From positions 1-64,000 of IMG/VR virus record IMGVR_UViG_3300005805_000059: a stretch of 64,000 bases of DNA; one strand, 5' to 3'. The position numbers were made by a program, and so were the translations under genes. This stretch comes from a virus. Lineage: Duplodnaviria; Caudoviricetes. The first letter of the stretch is position 1. The number at the start of each line of letters is the position of its first letter. Shown here in pieces: positions 1-7,856 of the stretch. The notes under the pieces were generated by a model. That model worked only from the letters and a program-made list of their open reading frames with translations, searched no databases and had not been told where the DNA came from.

Positions 1-240
1 TGCAATTGTGTTTGGTCTTGTTGTTGCGTTGCGAATTCGTAAAGCAATTCAAAATCGTAAACGCAAATTCATAAACAAAACTGTTGTGAGTGATTTCTAA
101 ATGAGTGGGGTCTAGTACCCCCTCAAAAATCGCATGCAGCCAGGATCTGAGCATGCACCCTGTGACCTAAATCACATAAATTAGTTATGTCCGATTTGCC
201 CCAAAAAATAGGACAAATCAGGAAAATAGCCACTTTTCAA

Positions 241-262
241 TGTCAGACCCCTCTGCCATAAT
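241..262 (+). promoter_or_regulatory. Early promoter, TGTCAG-N10-CATAAT
   Basis: Repeated motif; ATG at 269 lies 7 nt past the -10 hexamer. Confidence 0.8.
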
Positions 263-304
263 AAGACTATGAAAGATAAAGAAAGTCTCTTGAAAGGAGA
301 ACTA

Positions 305-448
305 ATGTTTAGTTTCAAAGTTTATTTCGTAGATGGTTCTATTTGGTATCTTGATACCGATAAAGACCCATTAGAAGTTTGTGAAGTCGCAGGACTTCTT
401 GATGAGGTAGTTTCAGTTGAAACTATCGGAGAATTGGTAGGTGCTTGA
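305..448 (+). CDS. Small hypothetical protein, 47 aa (possible in-frame leaderless start at 269)
   Basis: Hand-read ORF with AAAGGAGA SD, below the ORF-track cutoff. Confidence 0.65.
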   Translation: MFSFKVYFVDGSIWYLDTDKDPLEVCEVAGLLDEVVSVETIGELVGA

Positions 449-612
449 TGTTTGCAGTAAGTGTCTATCCTCATAATGATAATGCTATGCCTTTCAAATT
501 ACTTTTCAATGAGTATGCTGAAATGCGTGAGTATTGTGATGCTCTTGAAAATAAAAAATGCGATTTCTTTGTTATGGAATTTCCAAACGAAGTTCGTGGA
601 AAATTAGACTAG
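448..612 (+). CDS. Small hypothetical protein, 54 aa
   Basis: Hand-read ORF, TGATG coupling to upstream gene. Confidence 0.65.
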   Translation: MFAVSVYPHNDNAMPFKLLFNEYAEMREYCDALENKKCDFFVMEFPNEVRGKLD

Positions 613-623
613 AAAGGTAAACT

Positions 624-809
624 ATGTTAGATAAAATTATTTTGTCAATCGTGTTTGCAATGTTTGCAATCGTTACATTTTTTGTATTCGATTTTATTCG
701 TCTCGCATACAATAGTGATGTGTACAGTAACGCATTGCTAGTTGTGTTAGGTGTGTTGATGATTTTTGCAAATTTGCTAATCGGCATCCTCGTGAAGTCC
801 CTAAAATAA
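624..809 (+). CDS. Small membrane protein (2 TM)
   Basis: ORF with AAAGG SD and two hydrophobic stretches. Confidence 0.7.
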   Translation: MLDKIILSIVFAMFAIVTFFVFDFIRLAYNSDVYSNALLVVLGVLMIFANLLIGILVKSLK

Positions 810-877
810 AAAGGGACTAATCGGGCAGGGTGCATGCATTTTGCATGGATCGGATCTGCATGGCGTGAGCATGCACC

Positions 878-941
878 TGTGGATAACTTTGTGGATAAGT
901 CTGGGTATCCTGTGGACAGCCTGTGGATAGTGTGTGGATAA
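878..941 (-). promoter_or_regulatory. Array of five same-orientation DnaA boxes
   Basis: TGTGGATAA (rc TTATCCACA) at 878, 890, 933; TGTGGACAG at 911; TGTGGATAG at 922. Confidence 0.8.
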
Positions 942-1017
942 GTTTACGAGGAGCCTTACGAAAGCCCTGAAAATTTTCCCCGAAATTTGAAATAGGACAA
1001 AATAGGACAAAGAGCGA

Positions 1018-1039
1018 TGTCAGACCCTAGTGCTATCAT
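1018..1039 (+). promoter_or_regulatory. Early promoter, TGTCAG-N10-TATCAT
   Basis: Repeated motif; leaderless ATG at 1046. Confidence 0.8.
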
Positions 1040-1045
1040 AATCCT

Positions 1046-1168
1046 ATGAAAAATAAAAGAACAGCCGAACACCAGCGAAGGGTCTTGGAACTTCGCAGGT
1101 CTAATGCTAGTACCCCTATTCAATCCAAGAAGGCTTACAAGCGTAAGTCAAAATACCCTCAATGGTGA
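1046..1168 (+). CDS. Leaderless 40 aa basic peptide
   Basis: Hand-read ORF MKNKRTAEHQRRVLELRRSNASTPIQSKKAYKRKSKYPQW. Confidence 0.65.
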   Translation: MKNKRTAEHQRRVLELRRSNASTPIQSKKAYKRKSKYPQW

Positions 1169-1190
1169 TGTCAGACCCTCGTGGTAAAAT
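1169..1190 (+). promoter_or_regulatory. Early promoter, TGTCAG-N10-TAAAAT
   Basis: Repeated motif. Confidence 0.8.
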
Positions 1191-1218
1191 AGCACTACCC
1201 AAAACAGAAAGGCAACAA

Positions 1219-1359
1219 ATGGCAAAAAAAACATTCACAGTTTCGTTTGAAGGCTACACATTCGTAGAAGCCTATGACGAAGACCACGCAAAGCAATTAG
1301 TAGATGAAATTCTAATTGACGCAGTACACGAATTCGCAATTCTAGATGTAGAGGAATAA
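1219..1359 (+). CDS. Small hypothetical protein
   Basis: ORF 1162..1359; start moved to the ATG after GAAAGG SD. Confidence 0.7.
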   Translation: MAKKTFTVSFEGYTFVEAYDEDHAKQLVDEILIDAVHEFAILDVEE

Positions 1360-1360
1360 A

Positions 1361-1483
1361 ATGGAATATCAAGTAACAGTAATTTCTACCTATTGGGTAG
1401 ATGCAGAAACACCCGAACAAGCAAGACGAATTGTAAAGCAAGGCAAAGTAAAGCCTGAAGATGTAACAGTAGAGGTGAACTAA
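1361..1483 (+). CDS. Small hypothetical protein, 40 aa
   Basis: Hand-read ORF with GAGG SD filling the operon gap. Confidence 0.6.
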   Translation: MEYQVTVISTYWVDAETPEQARRIVKQGKVKPEDVTVEVN

Positions 1484-1788
1484 TGGGAGCAAACTTTGCA
1501 CACGAAATGGCAAGTGGAGAGTTAGACTTTCTAAACCTTCCACTAGAAGCACAAATGGAAATTCACCTTCGTGGTAATTTCTATCCACCAATTCCACTTT
1601 CAATGGTTACCCCTTGCGTAGAGGCTATCCAAGCGTATTGGGAAGATGACTATCAGAGAATGATTAGTCTGCCTTCGCCTGTACAATGGCGTGGTCAAGA
1701 TGAAGCACCTGCAAGTGCAATTATTGACGGACACAAACTCTATGAGTGGACAGTTGAATACGACTATGATGCAGAAATTGAGGAATAA
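1483..1788 (+). CDS. Hypothetical protein
   Basis: ORF with GAGGTG SD, coupled to neighbours. Confidence 0.8.
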   Translation: MGANFAHEMASGELDFLNLPLEAQMEIHLRGNFYPPIPLSMVTPCVEAIQAYWEDDYQRMISLPSPVQWRGQDEAPASAIIDGHKLYEWTVEYDYDAEIEE

Positions 1789-1959
1789 ATGAAAGTAACA
1801 ATAGTACAAGCACTAAATGAACAATTCAAGAAAGTACAAGAAGAACTCGCAGAAAATGGTGCAGAGTTATCTGACTATGATATGGGCTTTGAGGAAGGCT
1901 ATCTCGCAGGTCTGATGTACGCAATTCAGTTTGTCAAAGAAATAGTAGATGGAGAATAA
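1789..1959 (+). CDS. Small hypothetical protein, 56 aa
   Basis: Hand-read ORF abutting upstream stop. Confidence 0.65.
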   Translation: MKVTIVQALNEQFKKVQEELAENGAELSDYDMGFEEGYLAGLMYAIQFVKEIVDGE

Positions 1960-1960
1960 A

Positions 1961-2116
1961 ATGAAAAGATACACAGTTTGGGTGGGTGGCTCAGAGGTAA
2001 ACTCTAGCCTACTCTCCAAAAAGCAAGCAACTGAGATCGCATCTGAATGGTGGACTAATGGCTATGAAGATGTAGAAATTGAGAAAGTTTCTTTATTTAG
2101 TTTAATAAAGAAGTAG
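1961..2116 (+). CDS. Small hypothetical protein, 51 aa
   Basis: Hand-read ORF with GGAG SD. Confidence 0.6.
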   Translation: MKRYTVWVGGSEVNSSLLSKKQATEIASEWWTNGYEDVEIEKVSLFSLIKK

Positions 2117-2129
2117 CAGGATTTGACAA

Positions 2130-2151
2130 TGTCAGACCCCTGTGGTAAGAT
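2130..2151 (+). promoter_or_regulatory. Early promoter, TGTCAG-N10-TAAGAT, with TTGACA -35 at 2123
   Basis: TTGACA-17 nt-TAAGAT with the conserved motif in the spacer. Confidence 0.85.
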
Positions 2152-2199
2152 ACTCGTATTGAGAAAGTCTCAATCGTAATAACAAAGATAGGAAGCAAA

Positions 2200-2385
2200 A
2201 TGACACAAAAAACTCTAAATGTTGGAGATACCTTCAAGACCTTGAAGAGTGGTGTTACAGGAGTAATCAAAGAAATTATTCCAAATCAGTCTGGCTCGGC
2301 TCGTATTCTTTTAGATGTAAAAGGAAAAGACCGTTGGACTACTTACAAGCCTTCAGTAGAGGTCTTGTCCGTTGCTGTAAAGTAA
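2200..2385 (+). CDS. Small hypothetical protein (SH3/KOW-like size and composition)
   Basis: ORF with AGGAAG SD. Confidence 0.7.
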   Translation: MTQKTLNVGDTFKTLKSGVTGVIKEIIPNQSGSARILLDVKGKDRWTTYKPSVEVLSVAVK

Positions 2386-2395
2386 CTTCATAGAG

Positions 2396-2478
2396 GGTGT
2401 GGAGAGATTGCGTACTCTCTCTCCACCCCACTCCTTTCTGATAGACCCCCCTCGGGAGTAATATCCTGGTGGGGGGTC
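2396..2478 (+). terminator. Two GC-rich hairpins after the gene (putative terminator or structured RNA)
   Basis: GGGTGTGGAGAGA...TCTCTCCACCCC and GACCCCCC...GGGGGGTC followed by ACTTTT. Confidence 0.45.
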
Positions 2479-2558
2479 ACTTTTATATCGGTGGGGGATC
2501 ATATCCTGGTGAGGGATGAAATGTGCATGCAGCGGGGGACAAATCGGACACGCAGCCG

Positions 2559-2580
2559 TGTCAGACCCCTATGCTAAAGT
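2559..2580 (+). promoter_or_regulatory. Early promoter, TGTCAG-N10-TAAAGT
   Basis: Repeated motif; ATG at 2587 is 7 nt downstream. Confidence 0.8.
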
Positions 2581-2586
2581 ATCCCT

Positions 2587-3048
2587 ATGAAAACAATGAA
2601 AGGTATCAAAATGAATCACTCCTCAGAAGCAATCGAATCAGCAAAAGCAACAGCAGACTTTACAGGCTGGAATTTAGATGAATACGCAAGTGCAAGAAAT
2701 TGGACAGGTGTAGGATTAGTTGGAATTTCTCAACATCGTGATAGTGACGCAGTTGAACGCTCTAACTTTGATGCAGTACGACAAGCAATTGAAAATTTGT
2801 ATGGCGAAGACTCAGTAGATGTAGTATCTTTTGGTCATTGGGCTTTTGGTTGGGTTGAAATACTTGCGTATGACTATGAAAATGTAGAATTATCATTCAT
2901 TGAGAGTATTCACAAATCACTTCAAGACTATGCAATCTATGATGAATTTCTATGGTCTGAGTATGAGTGGGCAGACAACCATCCAGCAGAGGATAATGTT
3001 TGCTACTCCGATGATGTATGCCCCTGCGAATTAGAAAAGGCTTGGTAG
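2587..3048 (+). CDS. Hypothetical phage protein
   Basis: 153 aa ORF; alternative SD-led start at 2611. Confidence 0.8.
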   Translation: MKTMKGIKMNHSSEAIESAKATADFTGWNLDEYASARNWTGVGLVGISQHRDSDAVERSNFDAVRQAIENLYGEDSVDVVSFGHWAFGWVEILAYDYENVELSFIESIHKSLQDYAIYDEFLWSEYEWADNHPAEDNVCYSDDVCPCELEKAW

Positions 3049-3073
3049 ATCGGACAAATCGGACATTTCCGTA

Positions 3074-3095
3074 TGTCAGACCCTACTGCTAAAAT
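3074..3095 (+). promoter_or_regulatory. Early promoter, TGTCAG-N10-TAAAAT
   Basis: Repeated motif. Confidence 0.8.
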
Positions 3096-3129
3096 AGTAA
3101 CACAAACCCAAACCCGAAAGGAAAAACAA

Positions 3130-3507
3130 ATGGCAGATTATTCTCCCGACCTAACAACAGAACTACACAAGAAAGTTGCATCTCTGCAAGCAGAAGTTGA
3201 TGTTCTAAAATCAGTTGCAAACAATTACAAGACTAAGATAGATAAAACTAAATTTATCTTGAAGTCACTTATTGAAATGGCTGAAATTGACAATGATGAA
3301 GCAATTACTGAACTCAATCAAATTCTTGACTTGGAACTCAATAGAGAAGTTACCTATGAAATTCACGCTGTTGTTCAGGTAACAGTTGAATTACCTTATG
3401 GCGAACACCCATCAGAATACGACTTTGACATTACCGAAGTGCAATACAACGGAGACAGTCTAGAAATCGTATCCTCAGACATTAGCCATCTAGAACTTCT
3501 AGACTAA
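3130..3507 (+). CDS. Hypothetical protein, N-terminal coiled coil
   Basis: ORF 3073..3507; start moved to the ATG after GAAAGGA SD. Confidence 0.8.
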   Translation: MADYSPDLTTELHKKVASLQAEVDVLKSVANNYKTKIDKTKFILKSLIEMAEIDNDEAITELNQILDLELNREVTYEIHAVVQVTVELPYGEHPSEYDFDITEVQYNGDSLEIVSSDISHLELLD

Positions 3508-3529
3508 TGTCAGACCCTACTGCTAGAAT
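3508..3529 (+). promoter_or_regulatory. Early promoter, TGTCAG-N10-TAGAAT
   Basis: Repeated motif. Confidence 0.8.
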
Positions 3530-3558
3530 AAATCCACTCACTAACGAAAGGCAATAAA

Positions 3559-3870
3559 ATGGATAAATTCACCCCCACCCTAGAAACTGTATTCCTTATG
3601 CAAGAGGCTTGTCAAGAAGGATTACACGACCTCAATGTCAAAGACGCTGTTGTTGATGTGTTGCAAAACTATCAAGAACTTACAGTAGATGAAATGGCTG
3701 TAATGTTGTTCAATGTTTGTGCAAATGTCTCTGCAAGTGTTGGCTCTGCACTCGCTGTTGCTCTGTTTGATACCGACAAATTAGACGAAGTAGTGCTTGA
3801 ACTCAATGAGCAAGAGAAAAATGCTATGGACGCAGAACTACAACACATAATTGAAAACTTTCACGAATAG
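3559..3870 (+). CDS. Hypothetical helical protein
   Basis: ORF with GAAAGG SD. Confidence 0.8.
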   Translation: MDKFTPTLETVFLMQEACQEGLHDLNVKDAVVDVLQNYQELTVDEMAVMLFNVCANVSASVGSALAVALFDTDKLDEVVLELNEQEKNAMDAELQHIIENFHE

Positions 3871-3883
3871 AGGGTGAATGGGT

Positions 3884-3910
3884 ACACCTGAGCAAGTGTC
3901 TAAACTGCTC
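3884..3910 (+). ncRNA. Putative H-type pseudoknot, copy 1
   Basis: ACAC/GTGT stem, loop CTGAGCAA, GAGCA/TGCTC second stem; second copy at 5605. Confidence 0.55.
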
Positions 3911-3921
3911 CCTTTCAAAAA

Positions 3922-3993
3922 GGTCTGTTAGTTAAGTGGTTATAACTTATGCTTGTCACGCATAGATCACGAGTTCGATTCTCGTACAGACCG
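3922..3993 (+). tRNA. tRNA-Asp(GUC)
   Basis: Acceptor GGTCTGT/ACAGACC, anticodon arm TATGC-TTGTCAC-GCATA, GTTCGATTC T-loop, G73. Confidence 0.9.
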
Positions 3994-4057
3994 CCCAGGA
4001 TCGGTGCATGGTGTGCATGCCCGCCCCCAGGAATCGGACAAATCAGGCAAATCTCAA

Positions 4058-4079
4058 TGTCAGACCTATGGTCTAAAAT
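4058..4079 (+). promoter_or_regulatory. Early promoter, TGTCAG-N10-TAAAAT
   Basis: Repeated motif. Confidence 0.8.
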
Positions 4080-4109
4080 AAGCCTAACAAATAAACTGAA
4101 AGGAAAAAA

Positions 4110-4547
4110 ATGGGTTCAAGAGTAAATTTTGCATTCAAAACAGAAAATAAAAACTATGTCGTATTGTATTCACATTGGGGTGGAGAAGATAGGTTCAATT
4201 TATTATCCAATGCCCTTGAAGCATCACGCCCACGCTGGAATGATAATTCATACGCAATTCGTATCGCCATCTCATCTATCGTTGGAAACAATTGGAATTC
4301 TGAAACAGGCTTTGGAATTTATGTCAATGAAATTGGAGACTACAACTATGAAACTTTTGTAGTTGATTTTGAAAATAAAACTATCGGAATTCACGAGAGT
4401 GGTCTTTACATAAATCACACAGTCAAGCACATTGAAGAATACCCTGTAATCTCAATGACATTTGATGAATTCCTAAATAGTAATCACGACTTCGAAGGTC
4501 TGATTGAGGGCATTCGTGAGATTTGGGAACAGACATCTCCAAAATAG
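4110..4547 (+). CDS. Hypothetical phage protein
   Basis: ORF with GAAAGGA SD; N-terminal MGSR..VVLYSHWGG pattern. Confidence 0.8.
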   Translation: MGSRVNFAFKTENKNYVVLYSHWGGEDRFNLLSNALEASRPRWNDNSYAIRIAISSIVGNNWNSETGFGIYVNEIGDYNYETFVVDFENKTIGIHESGLYINHTVKHIEEYPVISMTFDEFLNSNHDFEGLIEGIREIWEQTSPK

Positions 4548-4568
4548 GACATTTCGGGCATTTGACTA

Positions 4569-4590
4569 TGTCAGACCCTAATGATAAAAT
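4569..4590 (+). promoter_or_regulatory. Early promoter, TGTCAG-N10-TAAAAT, with TTGACT -35
   Basis: TTGACT-17 nt-TAAAAT. Confidence 0.85.
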
Positions 4591-4621
4591 AGTTTAGTAA
4601 AACATAAACGAAAGGTAATAA

Positions 4622-5599
4622 ATGCATAATCTAGAAATGATAAATGGCAATGCAAGTTTCGTATCTCTGCGAGAACCTGCTTGGCATAACTTAGGCACAG
4701 TAATTCAAAATGAAGTAACTACATCAGAAATGTTGGAACTTGCAAATCTTGATAACTGGAATGTCCGAGTTGAAGAAATCCCAATGCCTGATAACTACAC
4801 TACAAAAAACCCATCATTTTGGGTAGTGCGTAATCACCCTGCAAATAATAATCCTGACATTCTTGCAACTGTTGGTAAGCGTTACACAGCATTTCAGAAT
4901 GAAGAGTTATTTGCTTTTGGTGATACCCTGCTTGATGGTGGTCGTTGGGAAACTGCTGGCTCTATCAAAAATGGTCGTGTTGTCTTTGGCTCACTTGCAC
5001 TAGATAGAGAAATTGTCCTTGACCCAAATGGTGTTGAGGATAAAGTGAACACCTATCTTTTGGTTACTACATCTCACGATGGCTCATTGTCTATTCAGGC
5101 AATTACCACTCCTGTTCGTGTAGTTTGCCAAAACACTCACACAGTTGCTCTCAAGGGTGCAAAGCAAAGTTTCAAAGTGCGACACACTCAGACGCTTGAT
5201 GGTCGTGTACAAGAAGCACGAGAAGCATTAGGTCTTGCACACAAGTATCTTGACGCATTTGAGATTGAAGCACAGCAACTTATTCAAACTGAAATTACTA
5301 AAGCACAGTTTGATAAGATTGTAGAACTTGCTTATCCAATGCCTGAGAAAGATGTCAAGGGTGCAATGACTAAGTGGGCTAACAAGGTAGATGTTCTACA
5401 AGACTTGTATGTTGGTAGCACTAACCTAATGATTGCAGGAACAGCGTGGGGTGCTTACAATGCCCTCACCGAGCGTTTGGATTGGTTCAGAACAGCACGA
5501 GGTAACTCTGAGAAGCCTTATGTTTCTGCATCAGGTCTTGACCTTGCAACCAACAATGAGAAGCAGAGACTACTAGAGATTGTAAAATCGGTAGCGTAA
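4622..5599 (+). CDS. DUF932 / TIGR03299-like phage-plasmid protein
   Basis: Motifs REPAWHNLG, WETAGSIKNG, TTSHDGS, TPVRVVCQNT, HTQT, GTAWGAYNA. Confidence 0.85.
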   Translation: MHNLEMINGNASFVSLREPAWHNLGTVIQNEVTTSEMLELANLDNWNVRVEEIPMPDNYTTKNPSFWVVRNHPANNNPDILATVGKRYTAFQNEELFAFGDTLLDGGRWETAGSIKNGRVVFGSLALDREIVLDPNGVEDKVNTYLLVTTSHDGSLSIQAITTPVRVVCQNTHTVALKGAKQSFKVRHTQTLDGRVQEAREALGLAHKYLDAFEIEAQQLIQTEITKAQFDKIVELAYPMPEKDVKGAMTKWANKVDVLQDLYVGSTNLMIAGTAWGAYNALTERLDWFRTARGNSEKPYVSASGLDLATNNEKQRLLEIVKSVA

Positions 5600-5604
5600 C
5601 TGCG

Positions 5605-5632
5605 ACAACCTGAGCAAGTTGTAAAACTGCTC
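5605..5632 (+). ncRNA. Putative H-type pseudoknot, copy 2
   Basis: ACAAC/GTTGT stem (compensatory to copy 1), identical loop, GAGCA/TGCTC stem. Confidence 0.55.
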
Positions 5633-5660
5633 CCACCTCATCACGGAAAAGGAAAACACA

Positions 5661-5852
5661 ATGGATCAATTAAAAACATTTTACATCTTAATCGAATACT
5701 GCTGCAACCATTTTGAAGGTGTGTATTCAGAATGGGAATTTCCACAATTAGCAAAAAATATTTTGGGTGAGAATTTTAAATTTGATACATTCGAAGAATT
5801 GAATGCTGCACTTAATAAAGAAGGTTACACACTAAGTAAATACACAATTTAA
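5661..5852 (+). CDS. Small hypothetical protein
   Basis: ORF with AAGGA SD. Confidence 0.65.
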   Translation: MDQLKTFYILIEYCCNHFEGVYSEWEFPQLAKNILGENFKFDTFEELNAALNKEGYTLSKYTI

Positions 5853-5854
5853 AT

Positions 5855-6040
5855 CCCAGGATCCAGGGGCGGGCATGCTGTGCATGCACCCCCACCCCAT
5901 TTGTCCAAATTTATTTATTTAGTCATTTCAAATCAATTACGAACCTATCAAATTTTTCCCAGGAATTACGAAGGCAAAAAAAATTTCCCCAAAACCTATT
6001 TAAGATCTTAGGGAAATTACGATGGAGTTTATTTTATCCT
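5855..6040. repeat. Non-coding motif island at the convergence of the two early blocks
   Basis: CCAGGATCC, two GCATGC, rc-GGACAAAT, three TTACGA, AAATTTTTCCC tracts. Confidence 0.6.
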
Positions 6041-6044
6041 GGAA

Positions 6045-6320
6045 TTAGTCAGGATTATTTTCATTCCACCAATCAATGACTTCATCTAATGACTCAAATT
6101 CTGTATCATCTAATTGCATTGCTTGTGATAATACTTCCCAAGTTTCATTTATCCATCTATTTCCAGCATCTGTTAGTTCAACTAATTCTGATGATACAAA
6201 GTATGCAAGTGGTAAGCCAATGTCATTGTATTCTATGAATTCTTTGTATGTCTCATCTTGTTTGAACCTAATCCAAAATTCCCCTAGAATTTTACACTTA
6301 TTAGAAAAGGGTGTTGCCAT
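6045..6320 (-). CDS. Hypothetical protein
   Basis: ORF overlapping the upstream gene end. Confidence 0.8.
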   Translation of the reverse strand: MATPFSNKCKILGEFWIRFKQDETYKEFIEYNDIGLPLAYFVSSELVELTDAGNRWINETWEVLSQAMQLDDTEFESLDEVIDWWNENNPD

Positions 6321-6528
6321 TATTTTTATCCTCTCGTAGTTTTCTTACTTGTTCTATTCTATCACACTCTTGGTAAGCACTCTCTGCCACCTCGTGCATT
6401 CTAGTAATTATTGCTTGTGGTGCTACCCTTGCCAAATAGAAGCCTAGCATTCTCGTATCTAGCATAAAATCGGATAGCAATGAAATAACCTTTAGTGCTG
6501 CTTTTTCTTCATTAGTTTTACCAAACAT
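6301..6528 (-). CDS. Hypothetical protein
   Basis: ORF with GGAG SD. Confidence 0.75.
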   Translation of the reverse strand: MFGKTNEEKAALKVISLLSDFMLDTRMLGFYLARVAPQAIITRMHEVAESAYQECDRIEQVRKLREDKNNGNTLF

Positions 6529-6544
6529 TGTTTCTCCTATCCTC

Positions 6545-6573
6545 TATTGTATCAGAAAATGGGGGCAAAGTCA
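6545..6573 (-). promoter_or_regulatory. Approximate position of a sigma-A-type promoter TTGACT-17-TACAAT (spans about 6546-6574)
   Basis: rc TTGACTTTGCCCCCATTTTCTGATACAAT. Confidence 0.55.
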
Positions 6574-6601
6574 ATACCCTACCCCCACTCTCTTTCCCTA
6601 C

Positions 6602-7078
6602 CTACCAACTAGCCTGATAAATAAAACTGTCAATCTTATCGTTAGATAACAATCTAGTTAGTAATTCATAAGTGTACTTGAGGTCTTGTAGATACCACTC
6701 GTCAACATTTGTTGAGCCAAAGAAAAATCCTGACTGTGGTGGTAATAGTTCCAATGCCTTCTCTGGATGAGCAAGAACATTAGCACATAGAGTACGCAAC
6801 TCTTCCATACCTCCTCGTGGTATGAAAATTTGCTGGCAAACATCTTCGCCATCTGCAAATGTATCTACAATCCAAGCGTGAATTGCATTTGCTTTACGCC
6901 AATAGCCAACTGGAATTTGAACAGTAAGTCCTGTCCAACTATCAGGCTCAACAACATCAGCAAGTTTTAGAGATGACACAATGTCACTAAAGGCTTGATT
7001 ATCCTTATCTCTATCAGCATCTGACCAATCTTTGCGTGAGACATACTCCTCAACATAAAGATACATATCTAGTCCCAT
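6602..7078 (-). CDS. Conserved phage hypothetical protein (MGLDMYL / YWRKANAIH type)
   Basis: Motifs MGLDMYL, YWRKANAIHAW, LPPQSGFFFGST, YQASW. Confidence 0.8.
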   Translation of the reverse strand: MGLDMYLYVEEYVSRKDWSDADRDKDNQAFSDIVSSLKLADVVEPDSWTGLTVQIPVGYWRKANAIHAWIVDTFADGEDVCQQIFIPRGGMEELRTLCANVLAHPEKALELLPPQSGFFFGSTNVDEWYLQDLKYTYELLTRLLSNDKIDSFIYQASW

Positions 7079-7114
7079 TTTTGTTTCCTTTCGTTAGTAG
7101 TTGTAGGGATAGTA

Positions 7115-7136
7115 ATAATAGCACAGGGGTCTGACA
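7115..7136 (-). promoter_or_regulatory. Early promoter, TGTCAG-N10-TATTAT
   Basis: Repeated motif on the minus strand. Confidence 0.8.
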
Positions 7137-7166
7137 TACCCCCGATCAATGGGTAGGATGTACCCC

Positions 7167-7856
7167 CTAAACTTGGGGGCAATCCTCATAAACCTCATCA
7201 TCAGACCAACTGCAAACACACTCTCTGTCTCTGTCCACATAGTCTTGATGACAAGATGGTTCTTCGTATTCTGAGAATGATGTCATAACACCATTTTGGA
7301 ATACTGCACTTCCACCCCACCCTGTTTCTTCTTCGTATTCTAAATCAAATACAAGTTCAGGAAATTGGAAGGATAGGATAGCGATTACTTCTAGTGGTGG
7401 TGACCAAGCAGTATCAAAGCGATAAACAATGTGTCCATCTTCTCTATGTACTATCTCGGTACATCTACCCCTATCATCATCAGGAAGAGCAACATCCCAC
7501 TTAGTTCCCCAATTAGTAATGTTCCAATCGTACCAATGATTAGATACCTTACGCTTTGCTTCTACATCTGCCCACCAATTAGGGTCAGTATGAGTAAGTT
7601 CACTTTTTACTTTTGGTTGAACACCAAAGTATTCATCAAATAGATTTTCTGATGGTCGGTAGCAATTCCAAAAAGCAAACACAGGATTACTGTAAGTAAT
7701 AGTTCCTGCATTTACAACTTCCCACTTCTCAGTTTCTTTGTTGTACTCACTTCTAATGTGAGGCTGAGTAAATGGTGCATTGACTTGTTCCATCATCCGT
7801 TGAATTTCAAGTTCGTCACCTGAGACGGACAATGAAGAGAATACCCAATTAGGCAT
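7167..7856 (-). CDS. YubB/Api92-like ferredoxin-fold protein (DUF1281-like)
   Basis: MPNW start, WYDWNITNWGTKWD, FDTAWSPP motifs. Confidence 0.75.
   Translation of the reverse strand: MPNWVFSSLSVSGDELEIQRMMEQVNAPFTQPHIRSEYNKETEKWEVVNAGTITYSNPVFAFWNCYRPSENLFDEYFGVQPKVKSELTHTDPNWWADVEAKRKVSNHWYDWNITNWGTKWDVALPDDDRGRCTEIVHREDGHIVYRFDTAWSPPLEVIAILSFQFPELVFDLEYEEETGWGGSAVFQNGVMTSFSEYEEPSCHQDYVDRDRECVCSWSDDEVYEDCPQV

Noticed and set aside
3884-3910. CTGAGCA...AAAC as a hammerhead or theta (HDV-like) ribozyme
   Set aside because: The hammerhead core needs CUGANGA and GAAA with three stems, and the nested double pseudoknot of HDV-like ribozymes is not evident; kept only as an unnamed pseudoknot.
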